DNA of 64,000 bases from contig CANQTR010000002.1 of NCBI GenBank assembly GCA_947626805.1, positions 1,733 to 65,732 of the forward strand, in the 5' to 3' direction. The notes beneath the pieces were generated by a model that was given only the letters and a program-made list of their open reading frames with translations, was not told the origin of the DNA and made no database searches. The translations under genes were made by a program, and so were the position numbers. This stretch comes from an uncultured Clostridia bacterium (GTDB lineage Bacteria > Bacillota > Clostridia > Oscillospirales > CAG-382). Below, in pieces: positions 36,034-45,920 of this stretch (position 1 is its first letter; every line of letters begins with the position of its first letter).

Positions 36034-36807
36034 TTATGGGGACGCGGCGCCGCTGTCCTCCTGCACCGCTTCGCAGTAACGCCCGATTCCGGACGCGAGT
36101 GCGAACGCGAGTTCGTCCTGATAGGTTGTGTCCGCGAGATGTTCTGCGTCGGTCGTATTGGAAAGGAATCCGCATTCGACGATAACGGCGGGCATTTTCA
36201 GGTTTTTCAGCAGGAAAATGGTCTTGTTGTCCGATTTGATGGTCCGTCGGTTGTCGGGCATGACGAGCGTCGAGGACGATTGCAACGCCTCCGCAAGCAG
36301 AGCGCTGCGCGGGTCATTGACGGAATAAAAGGTCTGCAATCCCCGACAGCTTTCCATCGGGAATTTGTTCATATGGATACTGATGAAAATCGCGTTCGGG
36401 TACGATTCCGCGAATTTGAGGCGGTTATACAGGTCGTAATACTTTTTCCGTTGCTCCTCGCCGCTGTTGTACAGCAAGCGGTCCTCCGAGCGCGTCAGGA
36501 CCACGTTGCAACCGGAAAGCCGTAGAAAATCGGCGGTTTTCAGGGCGATTTGCAGGTTCAGCTCCTTCTCATGCAGCCCGTTTGCAACCGCGCCGGGGTC
36601 CTCTCCGCCGTGTCCCGCGTCGAGGATAATCGTAAATCCGGGCGACTCCCCTGCCGGTTCGGCGTCCGCCTCCGCGAAAGCATGGTATCCGACCGACGTC
36701 ACCATGGACGTTATGAAATAGAACACCAGCACGGCGACCAGCACGACGCTGAACAGCACCAGAAAAAACCGCGGTTCCCGAAATTCCGAGGACGAAGGGG
36801 TTTCCAT
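36034..36807 (-). CDS. N-acetylmuramoyl-L-alanine amidase (Amidase_3), CwlD-like
   Basis: N-terminal TM, then ILDAGHGGEDPGAV ... FISIHMN ... VIVECGFLSN. Size and architecture match CwlD, and a SigE-like promoter lies upstream. Confidence 0.8.
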   Translation of the reverse strand: METPSSSEFREPRFFLVLFSVVLVAVLVFYFITSMVTSVGYHAFAEADAEPAGESPGFTIILDAGHGGEDPGAVANGLHEKELNLQIALKTADFLRLSGCNVVLTRSEDRLLYNSGEEQRKKYYDLYNRLKFAESYPNAIFISIHMNKFPMESCRGLQTFYSVNDPRSALLAEALQSSSTLVMPDNRRTIKSDNKTIFLLKNLKMPAVIVECGFLSNTTDAEHLADTTYQDELAFALASGIGRYCEAVQEDSGAASP

Positions 36808-36841
36808 ATACGCACATCCTTTGCACCTTGCGTTTTATTAC

Positions 36842-36869
36842 AAGGTATGAACGCGTACGGCGCGATATG
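36842..36869 (-). promoter_or_regulatory. SigE-like promoter upstream of the amidase gene
   Basis: The minus strand reads gCATATC-N14-CATACCTT, about 35 nt upstream of the ATG. Confidence 0.4.
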
Positions 36870-36883
36870 CCTCCCCTGCCCGG

Positions 36884-37462
36884 TCACTTCCCCTTTTTGC
36901 CGTACCGAATGCCGAAAAACGTGCGAAGCGGACGGTCCTTCGAGCCGAGCAGATAGCCGAGTCCGGCGAAGAGAATCTCCGGCAACAGGAACAGCAGGCA
37001 GACCAGCCAACCGAGCGGTCCGCCCAGCCAGCCAATCGTTCCTTCCACCGAAAGGAAGGTCAGCGGATAAAGATAACTGCCGTGCAGGGCGATATGAATC
37101 AGCATGAAAATCACATGGACATTGTCCGACGCAAAAACGGACGCGAAAAGCCCAAGCAGAATCACCAGCAAAAGCGGACAGGAACCGAGCAATGCAATCT
37201 TCAAACCGAGCGTTTTTGCGGGACGGGAAGCGTCCGCCGGGCGGAAATGGTGTTTCTCCCCGAGTTGAAACAGGTTGTCATACTGCATGAAGCAAAGAAT
37301 GCCGATGCAGAAAGCGCTCCCTATCGCCGACACGACGTCGATTTTCAGCGCGAGCGTCGCGAGTCCGACGCTGATACCGAGAATGGACATCACGAGCTGG
37401 TTGGTCCAGAAGCGGATAACGTGCCGGGAATACGTCGACCAAAATTCACGAAGACGAATCAT
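36884..37462 (-). CDS. Hypothetical polytopic membrane protein (192 aa)
   Basis: Five to six hydrophobic helices. Start overlaps the stop of the upstream gene by 4 nt. I recognise no family. Confidence 0.6.
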   Translation of the reverse strand: MIRLREFWSTYSRHVIRFWTNQLVMSILGISVGLATLALKIDVVSAIGSAFCIGILCFMQYDNLFQLGEKHHFRPADASRPAKTLGLKIALLGSCPLLLVILLGLFASVFASDNVHVIFMLIHIALHGSYLYPLTFLSVEGTIGWLGGPLGWLVCLLFLLPEILFAGLGYLLGSKDRPLRTFFGIRYGKKGK

Positions 37463-38763
37463 AACAATTTCTTCTTTCTGAAAATCAGGAATCCCGCGAC
37501 AGCGGCGCCAAGCACGACGACCGACGCGGCTACGGCAAGCAGGATTTTCCAGGTGCGTCCTTCCGATTGATTCGGCAGTTGCAGGTCTTCCGCCGTCATT
37601 GGAACGCCGTCCATTTCATAGCTGACGGCGACCCGACAATCCTTCGAATCCAGTTCTTCGCCGGTTTCGTCGGTCAGGTGAATTTGCTCGATTTGGAAGA
37701 TACTCTGGTCAAAATCCGTTCCGTTATAGGCGAATTCCACCAAAAATCCGAGCGAACCGTCCTCCTTCGCGCCACCCTCCGCGTTGCGGCAGACGACCGA
37801 TAGGGTCATCTGTCCATTCTCCGGTTCGGTCGACAGGTCCTCCCAATCGATTCGGTTCTCCGGCGTAATGCAGGTGCGGGAAACGTATTGCAGGAAACTC
37901 TCATTGTATTTTAGGCGTAAGGAAATCCCGGAAACCCCCGTGGCGTTCCGAATATCCTCGACTGTGATAAACATCGTGACGCGGTGCGCGCTTTCCTCGT
38001 CGGCGGACGTCATATCCGAGCCGGATTGTTCTTCGGAGGCAACGCCGCCTTGCGAGGATACGTTGCCTTGCGAGGATACGTTTTCTTGCGAGGACACGTC
38101 GCTTTGCGAGGTCGTGCCGCTTTGCGAGGATATTTCGCTTGTTGCCGGCTCGCTTGCGGACGAAGTGTTTTCCGAAACGGAGGGTTCACTGCTTTCTGCC
38201 GGGACGACCGACGTGCTTGCGTTGCCGTGCAGACCGATTTCACAGGTTTGGTCCGGCAGTTTGCACGGATTCAGCAGGGATTCGTTGGACACATCGGAGA
38301 ATCGGATATTTCGTACGGTGATAGACGCGGATTCCGCCGTGTCCGAAAGCACCTTGAACGTCAGGTCGGTATACAACTCTCCGTTCCGTTTGACGCCGTT
38401 CGACGTTCCCGCGTTCATGATGATATAAGAAAGGTAGGGCTCCGGGTCTTCCTTGACGCGCGTCCAATCCTCCGCCGTTTCGTTGTCGAAATTCCAGCCG
38501 GACGGTTTGGCGTTTTCCCAGGAAATCAATTCCAGCAAGGACGTGTCGTAATAAACGTTGTATTCCGCGGAAAAAATCCCGCTTTGGCAGGTGATATTTT
38601 CGACGGAAACACGAACCGTTACCGTTCCCGCGTCCTCCGCGGTCCGTTCGATTTTGAGTGCGGCGGTCCAGCCGGTTTCCGCGTTGGCCGGCACGATTGC
38701 GGCGACGCCGCAACAAAGTACCGCGAGAAGCGTGCAGACTGCCAAAATCCGTTTATATGCCAT
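37459..38763 (-). CDS. Secreted, C-terminally membrane-anchored protein with two cohesin-like domains
   Basis: Signal peptide is MAYKRILAVCTLLAVLCCGVAAIVPANA. Domain 1 is TVTVRVSVENITCQSGIFSAEYNVYYDTSLLELIS ... DLTFKVL ... ASITV, the cohesin-like pattern. A Ser/Gln-rich linker and a second similar domain follow. The C-terminal TM is WKILLAVAASVVVLGAAVAGFLIFRKKK. Confidence 0.65.
   Translation of the reverse strand: MAYKRILAVCTLLAVLCCGVAAIVPANAETGWTAALKIERTAEDAGTVTVRVSVENITCQSGIFSAEYNVYYDTSLLELISWENAKPSGWNFDNETAEDWTRVKEDPEPYLSYIIMNAGTSNGVKRNGELYTDLTFKVLSDTAESASITVRNIRFSDVSNESLLNPCKLPDQTCEIGLHGNASTSVVPAESSEPSVSENTSSASEPATSEISSQSGTTSQSDVSSQENVSSQGNVSSQGGVASEEQSGSDMTSADEESAHRVTMFITVEDIRNATGVSGISLRLKYNESFLQYVSRTCITPENRIDWEDLSTEPENGQMTLSVVCRNAEGGAKEDGSLGFLVEFAYNGTDFDQSIFQIEQIHLTDETGEELDSKDCRVAVSYEMDGVPMTAEDLQLPNQSEGRTWKILLAVAASVVVLGAAVAGFLIFRKKKLL
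38047..38136 (-). repeat. Five tandem 18-nt in-frame repeats (hexapeptide S-S-Q-x-N-V linker)
   Basis: The plus strand reads gccttgcgaggatacgtt x2, ttcttgcgaggacacgtc, gctttgcgaggtcgtgcc, gctttgcgaggatatttc. Confidence 0.85.
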
Positions 38764-38787
38764 GAAACTTTCCCTCTGTTTTCCTGT

Positions 38788-40071
38788 TTATTTCTTCTTG
38801 TTCAGGTCGTCAATGGACTTGTTGACCGTATGTTGAATCGGCTTCCAGTCGACCTTTTTGAACAGCGCGACAACCGCAATCGGCAGGTATGTCGCCATGT
38901 AGAACGGGAACGTGAAAATCGACCAGAGCTTTCGCCCGCGGGAGCACCCGCTGATATTATCCCCTTCGGTCAGCATGGTCAAAAGCCCCATGAAGAACAT
39001 CAAAAGGTAATAGAATATCAGAAAGATAATCATAATGGTGATTGCCCTTTGCAGGCTGTTGCTTTCGGGATAGAGAAGCCAGAAACTGAGGTCGGCAATC
39101 GAACAGACGACGGAGACAGCGAACCCCAGGATACCGGGCAGAATCGTCACCATCATGTCATAGCAAGCGAAACTTCCGTGGAGAATGCCCTTGAACAGTT
39201 TCCCGGCGTACCGACCGAACACCTGATAGAATCCCTTCGCCCAGCGTAGGCGTTGGTTCCACGATTGCGAAAATTTGACCGGTTGTTCGTCGTAGAGCAT
39301 CGCTTTTCCGCAATAGCCGATTTTTCCGCCGTTGACGATGGTGTTGATGGTGAATTCCATGTCCTCCGTCAGGAGGTGGAACGGCCAGCCGCCGTTCTTT
39401 TCAATCAGTTCCCTGCTGACGCAAAAGCCGGTCCCGGAAATGGCGCAACTGGTGTTGAGTTGCATGCGGGCGTTGTTCAGGTACTTCGCCTCGCGCAGGA
39501 ACCAGAGGGAGTACCCGGCGGAAATCCAGTTGGTGCCGTAATTTTTGGAGTTGCGGTAGGAGGTCAGCGCCTGATATCCGCGATTGAGCCCGTTATTCAT
39601 CTCCTCGATGAAATGTTCGTCAAGGAGGTTATCCGCGTCAAAGACGAGGTACGCGTCGCAATCGTCGCCGCGTTCGTGCAGGTGTTTGAAGAAGTAATCC
39701 AGCGCATACCCCTTGCCGATGTGTTCCCGGTCCTGCCGTTCGAGTACATAGGCGCCCTTCTGCCGCGCGATTTCCGCCGTGTCGTCCGTGCAGTTGTCCG
39801 CGATGACGAAAATGCGAATCCGTTCGGCGGGATAGGTCTGCCGGCGGATACTGTCGATGAGTTGCCCGATGACCTGCCGTTCGTTGCGGGCGGGAATGAT
39901 TACCCCGAAACGGTTCTGCCTGTTCCGAAGCAACGGTTTTTCTTTCTCGCGGGAGAACAGGACGTAGAACGTATAAAAAAACTGATAGACAAACAGCAGG
40001 GCGAAGAAAACAGTCAGAACAATTTCGATAATGGTGATTACCGTTCTTGCTGTCTGCATAGAAACCTCCAA
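38788..40071 (-). CDS. Processive family-2 glycosyltransferase (IcaA/PgaC/cellulose-synthase-like membrane synthase)
   Basis: N-terminal TM, then FGVIIPARNERQVIGQLIDSI ... VIADNCTDDTA ... LVFDADN (DxD) ... QRLRWAKG (QxxRW), followed by C-terminal TM helices. Confidence 0.85.
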   Translation of the reverse strand: MEVSMQTARTVITIIEIVLTVFFALLFVYQFFYTFYVLFSREKEKPLLRNRQNRFGVIIPARNERQVIGQLIDSIRRQTYPAERIRIFVIADNCTDDTAEIARQKGAYVLERQDREHIGKGYALDYFFKHLHERGDDCDAYLVFDADNLLDEHFIEEMNNGLNRGYQALTSYRNSKNYGTNWISAGYSLWFLREAKYLNNARMQLNTSCAISGTGFCVSRELIEKNGGWPFHLLTEDMEFTINTIVNGGKIGYCGKAMLYDEQPVKFSQSWNQRLRWAKGFYQVFGRYAGKLFKGILHGSFACYDMMVTILPGILGFAVSVVCSIADLSFWLLYPESNSLQRAITIMIIFLIFYYLLMFFMGLLTMLTEGDNISGCSRGRKLWSIFTFPFYMATYLPIAVVALFKKVDWKPIQHTVNKSIDDLNKKK

Positions 40072-40119
40072 AGGAAATGAAGATTGATTTTACGACCATT
40101 GCAAAATAATCCGTGCATC

Positions 40120-40148
40120 AGTATACCATTCTTTCCCCGGAAAGTCAA
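40120..40148 (-). promoter_or_regulatory. Sigma-A-type promoter (TTGACT-17-TGgTATACT) of the GT2 operon
   Basis: The minus strand reads ttgactttccggggaaagaatggtatact, about 45 nt upstream of the GT2 start. Confidence 0.6.
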
Positions 40149-40218
40149 TCTTTTTTTGAAAAAAGCGTCTTTCGCGGCGGAAATTCTGTGCGGCGACTTC
40201 GCTTTTTTCGGAAAAACC

Positions 40219-40247
40219 TTGCTTTTTTTCGAATACTTGTGTATAAT
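40219..40247 (+). promoter_or_regulatory. Sigma-A-type promoter (TTGCTT-17-TATAAT)
   Basis: ttgctt 40219-40224, tataat 40242-40247, 40 nt before the ACT gene. Confidence 0.5.
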
Positions 40248-40286
40248 GTGTGTATCGCAACAATCGGAAAGGACGGTTTTGAACAA

Positions 40287-40556
40287 ATGAAAGCAGTTAT
40301 TACGGTTACCGGGAAGGATAGCATGGGCATCATCGCGGCGGTGTCCGCGCTCTGTACCGAGCACGGGGCGAATATCGTCGATATTTCGCAAACGGTCATG
40401 CAGGAATATTTCGCGATGATGATGCTCGTCGACCTTGACCGCATGCGTACCCCGTTCGGCGAATTCGCGGACGAACTGGAAAAGCTCGCGGAAAAGAACG
40501 GGCTGAAGATTCACGCCATGCACGAGGACGTTTTCAACTCCATGCACCGCATTTGA
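40287..40556 (+). CDS. ACT domain protein (UPF0237 type)
   Basis: [50 protein letters not shown] is the typical small ACT protein paired with UPF0210. Confidence 0.8.
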   Translation: MKAVITVTGKDSMGIIAAVSALCTEHGANIVDISQTVMQEYFAMMMLVDLDRMRTPFGEFADELEKLAEKNGLKIHAMHEDVFNSMHRI

Positions 40557-40575
40557 GCGGAAAGGGGTTTTTCAT

Positions 40576-41934
40576 ATGCTGAATACCAACGACATCCTTG
40601 AAACCGTCCGCATGATTGAAACCGAGCATCTCGATATTCGTACCGTTACGATGGGGATTTCCCTTCTTCGCTGTGCGGGGGGCGACCCGGCAGGTCTTGC
40701 GGACCGTATCTACGATACCGTCACCACCCGTGCCGAACACCTCGTTCGGGTCGGCGAGGAATTGGAACGGGAATACGGCATTCCAATCGTCAACAAACGG
40801 GTGTCCGTCACGCCGATTTCGCTGGTCGGCGCCGGGCAGGACGCCGAGGGATTCCTTCGGATTGCCCGTGCGCTGGACCGTGCGGCGGACACGCTCGGAA
40901 TCAATTTCATCGGCGGCTACACCGCTTTGGTGCCGAAAGGCGCAACGGAATCCGAACGAACTTTAATCGATACGATTCCCGAAGCGCTCTCGTCCACCGA
41001 GCGGGTCTGTGCGTCCGTCAATGCGGCGACGACCAAAGCGGGGCTGAACATGGACGCGGTCGCCCGCATGGGGCAGATTATTCGCCGGACGGCGGAACTG
41101 ACGCGGGACCGGCAGTGCATCGGCGCGGCGAAGCTGGTCGTGTTTGCCAACGCGCCGGAGGACAATCCGTTCATGGCAGGCGCGTTCCACGGCGTCGGCG
41201 AGGGCGATTGCGTTATCAACGTCGGGGTTTCCGGTCCAGGCGTGGTGTGCGCGGCAATTGAAAAATGCCCGGACGCCCCGTTTGAGGAACTTGCCGAGGT
41301 CATCAAGAAAACCGCCTTCAAAATCACTCGCATGGGGCAGTTGATTGCGGGGGAAGCGAGCAAACGGCTCGGCGTTCCCTTCGGCATCGTCGACCTGTCC
41401 CTCGCGCCTACGCCCGCCGTCGGCGATTCGGTCGCGCGGATTCTGGAGGCGATGGGGGTCGGCTGTTGCGGCGGCTGTGGGACGACGGCGGCGCTTGCGT
41501 TGCTCAACGACGCGGTCAAGAAAGGCGGCGTCATGGCGTCCTCGCGGGTCGGCGGGCTTTCCGGGGCGTTCATTCCGGTGTCCGAGGACGAAGGTATGAT
41601 TGCCGCCGCGAAAAGCGGATGTCTGACCGTCGAAAAATTGGAGGCGATGACGGCGGTCTGCTCGGTGGGGCTGGATATGATTGCGATTCCCGGCGACACG
41701 TCCGCCGCGGTCATTTCCGCGCTGATTGCGGACGAACTGTCCATCGGCGTTGCGAATACAAAGACGACGGCGGTCCGCGTCATTCCCGCTATCGGAAAAA
41801 AAGAGGGCGAATCCCTCTCCTTCGGCGGTCTTTTAGGGGACGCGCCGGTCATGCGTATCAATCGGGCGGACCCGGACCGGTTCATATCGCGCGGCGGCTT
41901 GATACCCGCCCCGATTCATTCGCTGAAGAACTGA
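40576..41934 (+). CDS. UPF0210/DUF711 (PFL-like) family protein
   Basis: [31 protein letters not shown] is the family N-terminus; 452 aa. Confidence 0.8.
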   Translation: MLNTNDILETVRMIETEHLDIRTVTMGISLLRCAGGDPAGLADRIYDTVTTRAEHLVRVGEELEREYGIPIVNKRVSVTPISLVGAGQDAEGFLRIARALDRAADTLGINFIGGYTALVPKGATESERTLIDTIPEALSSTERVCASVNAATTKAGLNMDAVARMGQIIRRTAELTRDRQCIGAAKLVVFANAPEDNPFMAGAFHGVGEGDCVINVGVSGPGVVCAAIEKCPDAPFEELAEVIKKTAFKITRMGQLIAGEASKRLGVPFGIVDLSLAPTPAVGDSVARILEAMGVGCCGGCGTTAALALLNDAVKKGGVMASSRVGGLSGAFIPVSEDEGMIAAAKSGCLTVEKLEAMTAVCSVGLDMIAIPGDTSAAVISALIADELSIGVANTKTTAVRVIPAIGKKEGESLSFGGLLGDAPVMRINRADPDRFISRGGLIPAPIHSLKN

Positions 41935-41969
41935 AAAGCAAAACGAACGGCATACGTCCCGCGAAAACG

Positions 41970-42755
41970 TTATCGGGAATGTATGCCGTTCATTTCATCG
42001 ACAAAAGAGGCGCTTTTGACGGTGGTTTCCACCCACGCGGGGCGGAATCCGCTTCGGATTGCGTTGCGGACGGACGGAAGATTCGACCACGCGGCGCAAT
42101 AGAACGGGACCCTCCCCCGCTCCAGAATCGCAAGCGCCAATCGGCTCGTGAGTGCCGACGCGACGCCTTGCTTGCGATACGCGGGAAGGACGTCCACGCC
42201 GATTTGCCACATCGTTTCGCAATCGGCGGAACAGGCGGCAAGCCCGACAAGCGTTTCGCCGTCGTACGCGCCGACGCCCAAAACGTCCAGTTCGCGCCGC
42301 TTTTCGCATAGCGCGTTGCGCCATGCGTCCGTATAAAGGGTTCGGAAATCCGCCGGATATAATGTCCTGCTTTCGTAGGGGCAGTCAAGCGCCTTCAGCG
42401 CCGTGATATCGGGCAGGAAATACTCCGCCATAAAGCAGACGCGCGACCCGTTTTTCTGCATTTCGTCGTTCAGAACGTGCAGATTCGGCGTTTCGAAACA
42501 GTGCGCGACGGGAAAACGACCGATATAGTCCGAAACGATTTCGCGATATGCTTCACGAATCGAGGCGACGATGTTGTTCCCGTAGGAAATCAGGTTGCAG
42601 TCCAGGGGCAGTTCGAGATATTTTCTGGCATGCGGATTTTTCGACGAAGAAACGATGACGTTCTCGTCCCGCAAAAAGTCCTCCTCGTCACAGTTGGCGT
42701 CGAGCGCGGATTGCCGCATGGCGATTCGCAAAATACGTTCGTTTGTGAAATCCAT
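41970..42755 (-). CDS. GNAT family N-acetyltransferase
   Basis: The C-terminal acetyl-CoA binding region is IGVDVLPAYRKQGVASALTSRLALAILERGRVPFY. Confidence 0.7.
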   Translation of the reverse strand: MDFTNERILRIAMRQSALDANCDEEDFLRDENVIVSSSKNPHARKYLELPLDCNLISYGNNIVASIREAYREIVSDYIGRFPVAHCFETPNLHVLNDEMQKNGSRVCFMAEYFLPDITALKALDCPYESRTLYPADFRTLYTDAWRNALCEKRRELDVLGVGAYDGETLVGLAACSADCETMWQIGVDVLPAYRKQGVASALTSRLALAILERGRVPFYCAAWSNLPSVRNAIRSGFRPAWVETTVKSASFVDEMNGIHSR

Positions 42756-42766
42756 TTTTGATTGCT

Positions 42767-43963
42767 TTACAACCGTTTGGCGATTTCCTGCAGGAATTCG
42801 GTCGTATTGACCGCTTTTTTATTGGGCAGCGAGGAAATCAGGTAGAGGTCCTTCGTCATGACCCCGCTTTCAATCGTGTCGACGGACGCTTTTTCCAGTT
42901 TATCCGCGAAAGCACAGAGTTCCGGCAGACCGTCCAGTTCGCCGCGCTTGCGGAGCGCACCGCTCCACGCGAAGATGGTCGCAATGGAGTTCGTCGAGGT
43001 CTCTTCCCCGGCGAGTTGTTTGTAGTAATGGCGCTGTACGGTGCCGTGCGCGGCCTCGTACTCGTAAACGCCGTCTGGCGATACCAGAACCGACGTCATC
43101 ATCGCAAGCGACCCGAATCCGGTCGCGAGCATATCGGACATCACGTCCCCGTCGTAGTTCTTGCAAGCCCAGATGAAACCGCCTTCCGAGCGTATCACCC
43201 GCGCCACCGCGTCGTCGATGAGCGTATAGAAATACGTGATTCCCGCTTTTTCGAAGTCGGCGCGATAGTTTTGCTCGTAAATTTCGGCGAATATATCCTT
43301 AAAACGGTGGTCGTAGGTCTTGCTGATGGTGTCCTTCGTCGAGAACCACAAATCCTTTTTCTGTTCCAGCGCATAGCGGAAACAGGCGTGTGCGAACGAG
43401 ATGATACTGCCGTCAAGGTTGTGCATCCCCTGCACGACGCCGTCGCCCTGAAAGTCGTGGATTGGCGTCCGCGTTTCCCTGCCGTCGCGGTCGGTGACGA
43501 GGATTTCCGCTTTTGCGCCCGCCGGAACGCGCACTTCGGACGCTTTGTAGACGTCCCCGTACGCATGACGGGCGATGGAAATCGGCTTTTTCCAGGACTT
43601 GACATAGGGCTCGATGCCCTTGACGACGATTGGCGTGCGGAATACCGTCCCGTCGAGCAGGGCGCGAATGGTCCCGTTCGGGCTTTTCCACATTTTCTTG
43701 AGGTGATACTCGTCCATACGGGCCGCGTTCGGCGTGATGGTGGCGCACTTGACGGCGACGCCGTATTTTTTGGTCGCCTCCGCGGCGTCGACCGTCACCC
43801 GGTCGTCGGTATCGTTGCGGTGCGCAAGGCCGAGGTCGTAGTATTCCGTCTTGAGGTCGATGAACGGAAGGAGCAGGATATCCTTGATTTCCTGCCAAAT
43901 CACGCGGGTCATCTCGTCGCCGTCCATCTCGACAAGCGGGGTTTTCATTTGGATTTTGGCCAT
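42767..43963 (-). CDS. icd: NADP-dependent isocitrate dehydrogenase (eukaryotic-type, about 400 aa)
   Basis: Contains [49 protein letters not shown] ... KCATITPN. Confidence 0.92.
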   Translation of the reverse strand: MAKIQMKTPLVEMDGDEMTRVIWQEIKDILLLPFIDLKTEYYDLGLAHRNDTDDRVTVDAAEATKKYGVAVKCATITPNAARMDEYHLKKMWKSPNGTIRALLDGTVFRTPIVVKGIEPYVKSWKKPISIARHAYGDVYKASEVRVPAGAKAEILVTDRDGRETRTPIHDFQGDGVVQGMHNLDGSIISFAHACFRYALEQKKDLWFSTKDTISKTYDHRFKDIFAEIYEQNYRADFEKAGITYFYTLIDDAVARVIRSEGGFIWACKNYDGDVMSDMLATGFGSLAMMTSVLVSPDGVYEYEAAHGTVQRHYYKQLAGEETSTNSIATIFAWSGALRKRGELDGLPELCAFADKLEKASVDTIESGVMTKDLYLISSLPNKKAVNTTEFLQEIAKRL

Positions 43964-43969
43964 GAACGT

Positions 43970-45898
43970 TCAGGCTCCTTTCGTATCGTTGAGCAGTCCG
44001 CCCGCGAGCAGAATGCGGCGCTGACGCTCGGAAAATTCTACGTTCAGCGGGATTTTTTCCCCGTTTGCCAGGTTTTCGAGCATCGCGGTCGAACCGTGCG
44101 AAATCGCCTCGCGGATACCGGCGAGCCGCAGGGAATCCCCTTGCGAGATTTTTTCGTAGTCCGCCGGGTCCGCAAACGTCAGCGGCAGGATTCCGGCGTT
44201 AATCAGGTTCGCGACGTGAATGCGGGCGAACGACTTGACGATGACCGCCTTGACGCCGAGATACAGCGGCACGAGCGCCGCGTGCTCCCGCGAGGAGCCT
44301 TGTCCGTAGTTCTCCCCGCCGACGACGATGCCGCTCCCCTTTTGCTTAGAGCGCTCCGCAAATCCCTCGTCGCAGACGGCGAAACAGAACTTGGACAGGT
44401 ACGGGATATTCGACCGATAGGGCAGGATTTTCGCCCCGGCGGGCATGATGTGGTCGGTCGTGATGTTGTCGCCGACCTTCAGCGTGCATTCGCAGGAAAT
44501 GTCCTCGGCGAGCGGTCCGCTGACCGGGAACGGCTTGATGTTCGGTCCGCGCAGGATTTCCAGTTGTTCCACCTCCGCGGGAGGAGCGGGAGGAATCACC
44601 ATGTTGTCGTTGAGCAGGAAATGCTCCGGCAGGGGGAACGCCGGCTGTTCGCCGAGTTCCCGCGGGTCGGAAAGCACGCCGCGGAGCGCGGAATACGCCG
44701 CCGTTTCCGGGCTGACGAGGTACACTTGCGCGTCTTTCGTACCGCTTCGCCCCTCGAAGTTGCGGTTGAACGTCCGCAGGGACACGCCGGCGCTGTTCGG
44801 CGACTGCCCCATGCCGATGCACGGGCCGCAGGCACATTCCAATACGCGCGCACCGGCGGAAATGATGTCCGAAAGCGCGCCGCAGGCGGCGAGCATATTG
44901 TAGACCTGTTTCGAGCCGGGCGCGATGGACAGGCTGACGTGTTCGTCGACCGTTTTGCCTTTCAAAATCGACGCGACCTTCAGCATATCCGAAAGCGAGG
45001 AATTCGTGCAGGAACCGATACAGACCTGGTCCACCCGTATCGGTCCGATTTCCCGGACGGTTTTGACGTTATCCGGGCTGTGCGGGCAGGCGGCGGACGG
45101 CTCAAGCGCGGACAGGTCGACCGTGATTTCTTCGTCGTAGACGGCGTCCGGGTCGGCGGAAAGCGGGACCCAGTCCCCTTCCCTTCCCTGTGCTTTCAGG
45201 AACGCCCTCGTCACCTCGTCGGACGGGAAAATCGAAGTCGACGCGCCGAGTTCCGCGCCCATGTTCGTGATAGTCGCACGTTCCGGGACCGAGAGGGATT
45301 CGACGCCCTCTCCGGCGTACTCGACGATTCTCCCCACGCCGCCCTTGACCGTCAGACGGCGCAGGACTTCAAGAATCACGTCCTTCGCGGACACCCACGG
45401 GCGCAGGCGTCCGGTCAGGTTGACCCGGAGCATCTTCGGCATCGTGATGTAGTAGGTCCCGCCGCCCATCGCGACCGCGACGTCCATACCGCCCGCGCCG
45501 AACGCGAGCATTCCGAGCCCGCCGCCGGTCGGCGTGTGGCTGTCCGAGCCGATGAGCGTCTTTCCCGGCACGCCGAAACGCTCCAGATGTACCTGGTGGC
45601 AAATTCCGTTGCCGGGGCGGGAGAAATACAGCCCGTGTTTCTTCGCGACGGACTGAATGTAGCGGTGGTCGTCGGCGTTTTCAAACCCGCTTTGCAGGGT
45701 GTTGTGGTCGATATACGCGACGGAAAGTTCCGTGCGGACGCGCGGGATTCCAATCGCTTCGAATTCGAGGTACGCCATGGTCCCGGTCGCGTCCTGCGTG
45801 AGCGTTTGGTCGATTCGCAGACCGATTTCCTGTCCGACGCGCATCTCCCCTTCCAGAAGGTGCGCGCGAATGATTTTTTGCGCAAGTGTGCTTCCCAT
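43970..45898 (-). CDS. Aconitate hydratase
   Basis: Contains TLAQKIIRAHL ... IDQTLTQDATGTM ... GSDSHTPTGGGLG ... CIGSCTNS ... CGPCIGMG ... YGQGSSREHAA. ATG at 45898 follows aaagga. Confidence 0.92.
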   Translation of the reverse strand: MGSTLAQKIIRAHLLEGEMRVGQEIGLRIDQTLTQDATGTMAYLEFEAIGIPRVRTELSVAYIDHNTLQSGFENADDHRYIQSVAKKHGLYFSRPGNGICHQVHLERFGVPGKTLIGSDSHTPTGGGLGMLAFGAGGMDVAVAMGGGTYYITMPKMLRVNLTGRLRPWVSAKDVILEVLRRLTVKGGVGRIVEYAGEGVESLSVPERATITNMGAELGASTSIFPSDEVTRAFLKAQGREGDWVPLSADPDAVYDEEITVDLSALEPSAACPHSPDNVKTVREIGPIRVDQVCIGSCTNSSLSDMLKVASILKGKTVDEHVSLSIAPGSKQVYNMLAACGALSDIISAGARVLECACGPCIGMGQSPNSAGVSLRTFNRNFEGRSGTKDAQVYLVSPETAAYSALRGVLSDPRELGEQPAFPLPEHFLLNDNMVIPPAPPAEVEQLEILRGPNIKPFPVSGPLAEDISCECTLKVGDNITTDHIMPAGAKILPYRSNIPYLSKFCFAVCDEGFAERSKQKGSGIVVGGENYGQGSSREHAALVPLYLGVKAVIVKSFARIHVANLINAGILPLTFADPADYEKISQGDSLRLAGIREAISHGSTAMLENLANGEKIPLNVEFSERQRRILLAGGLLNDTKGA

Positions 45899-45920
45899 CG
45901 TCAAAATCCTTTCGGTAGGT

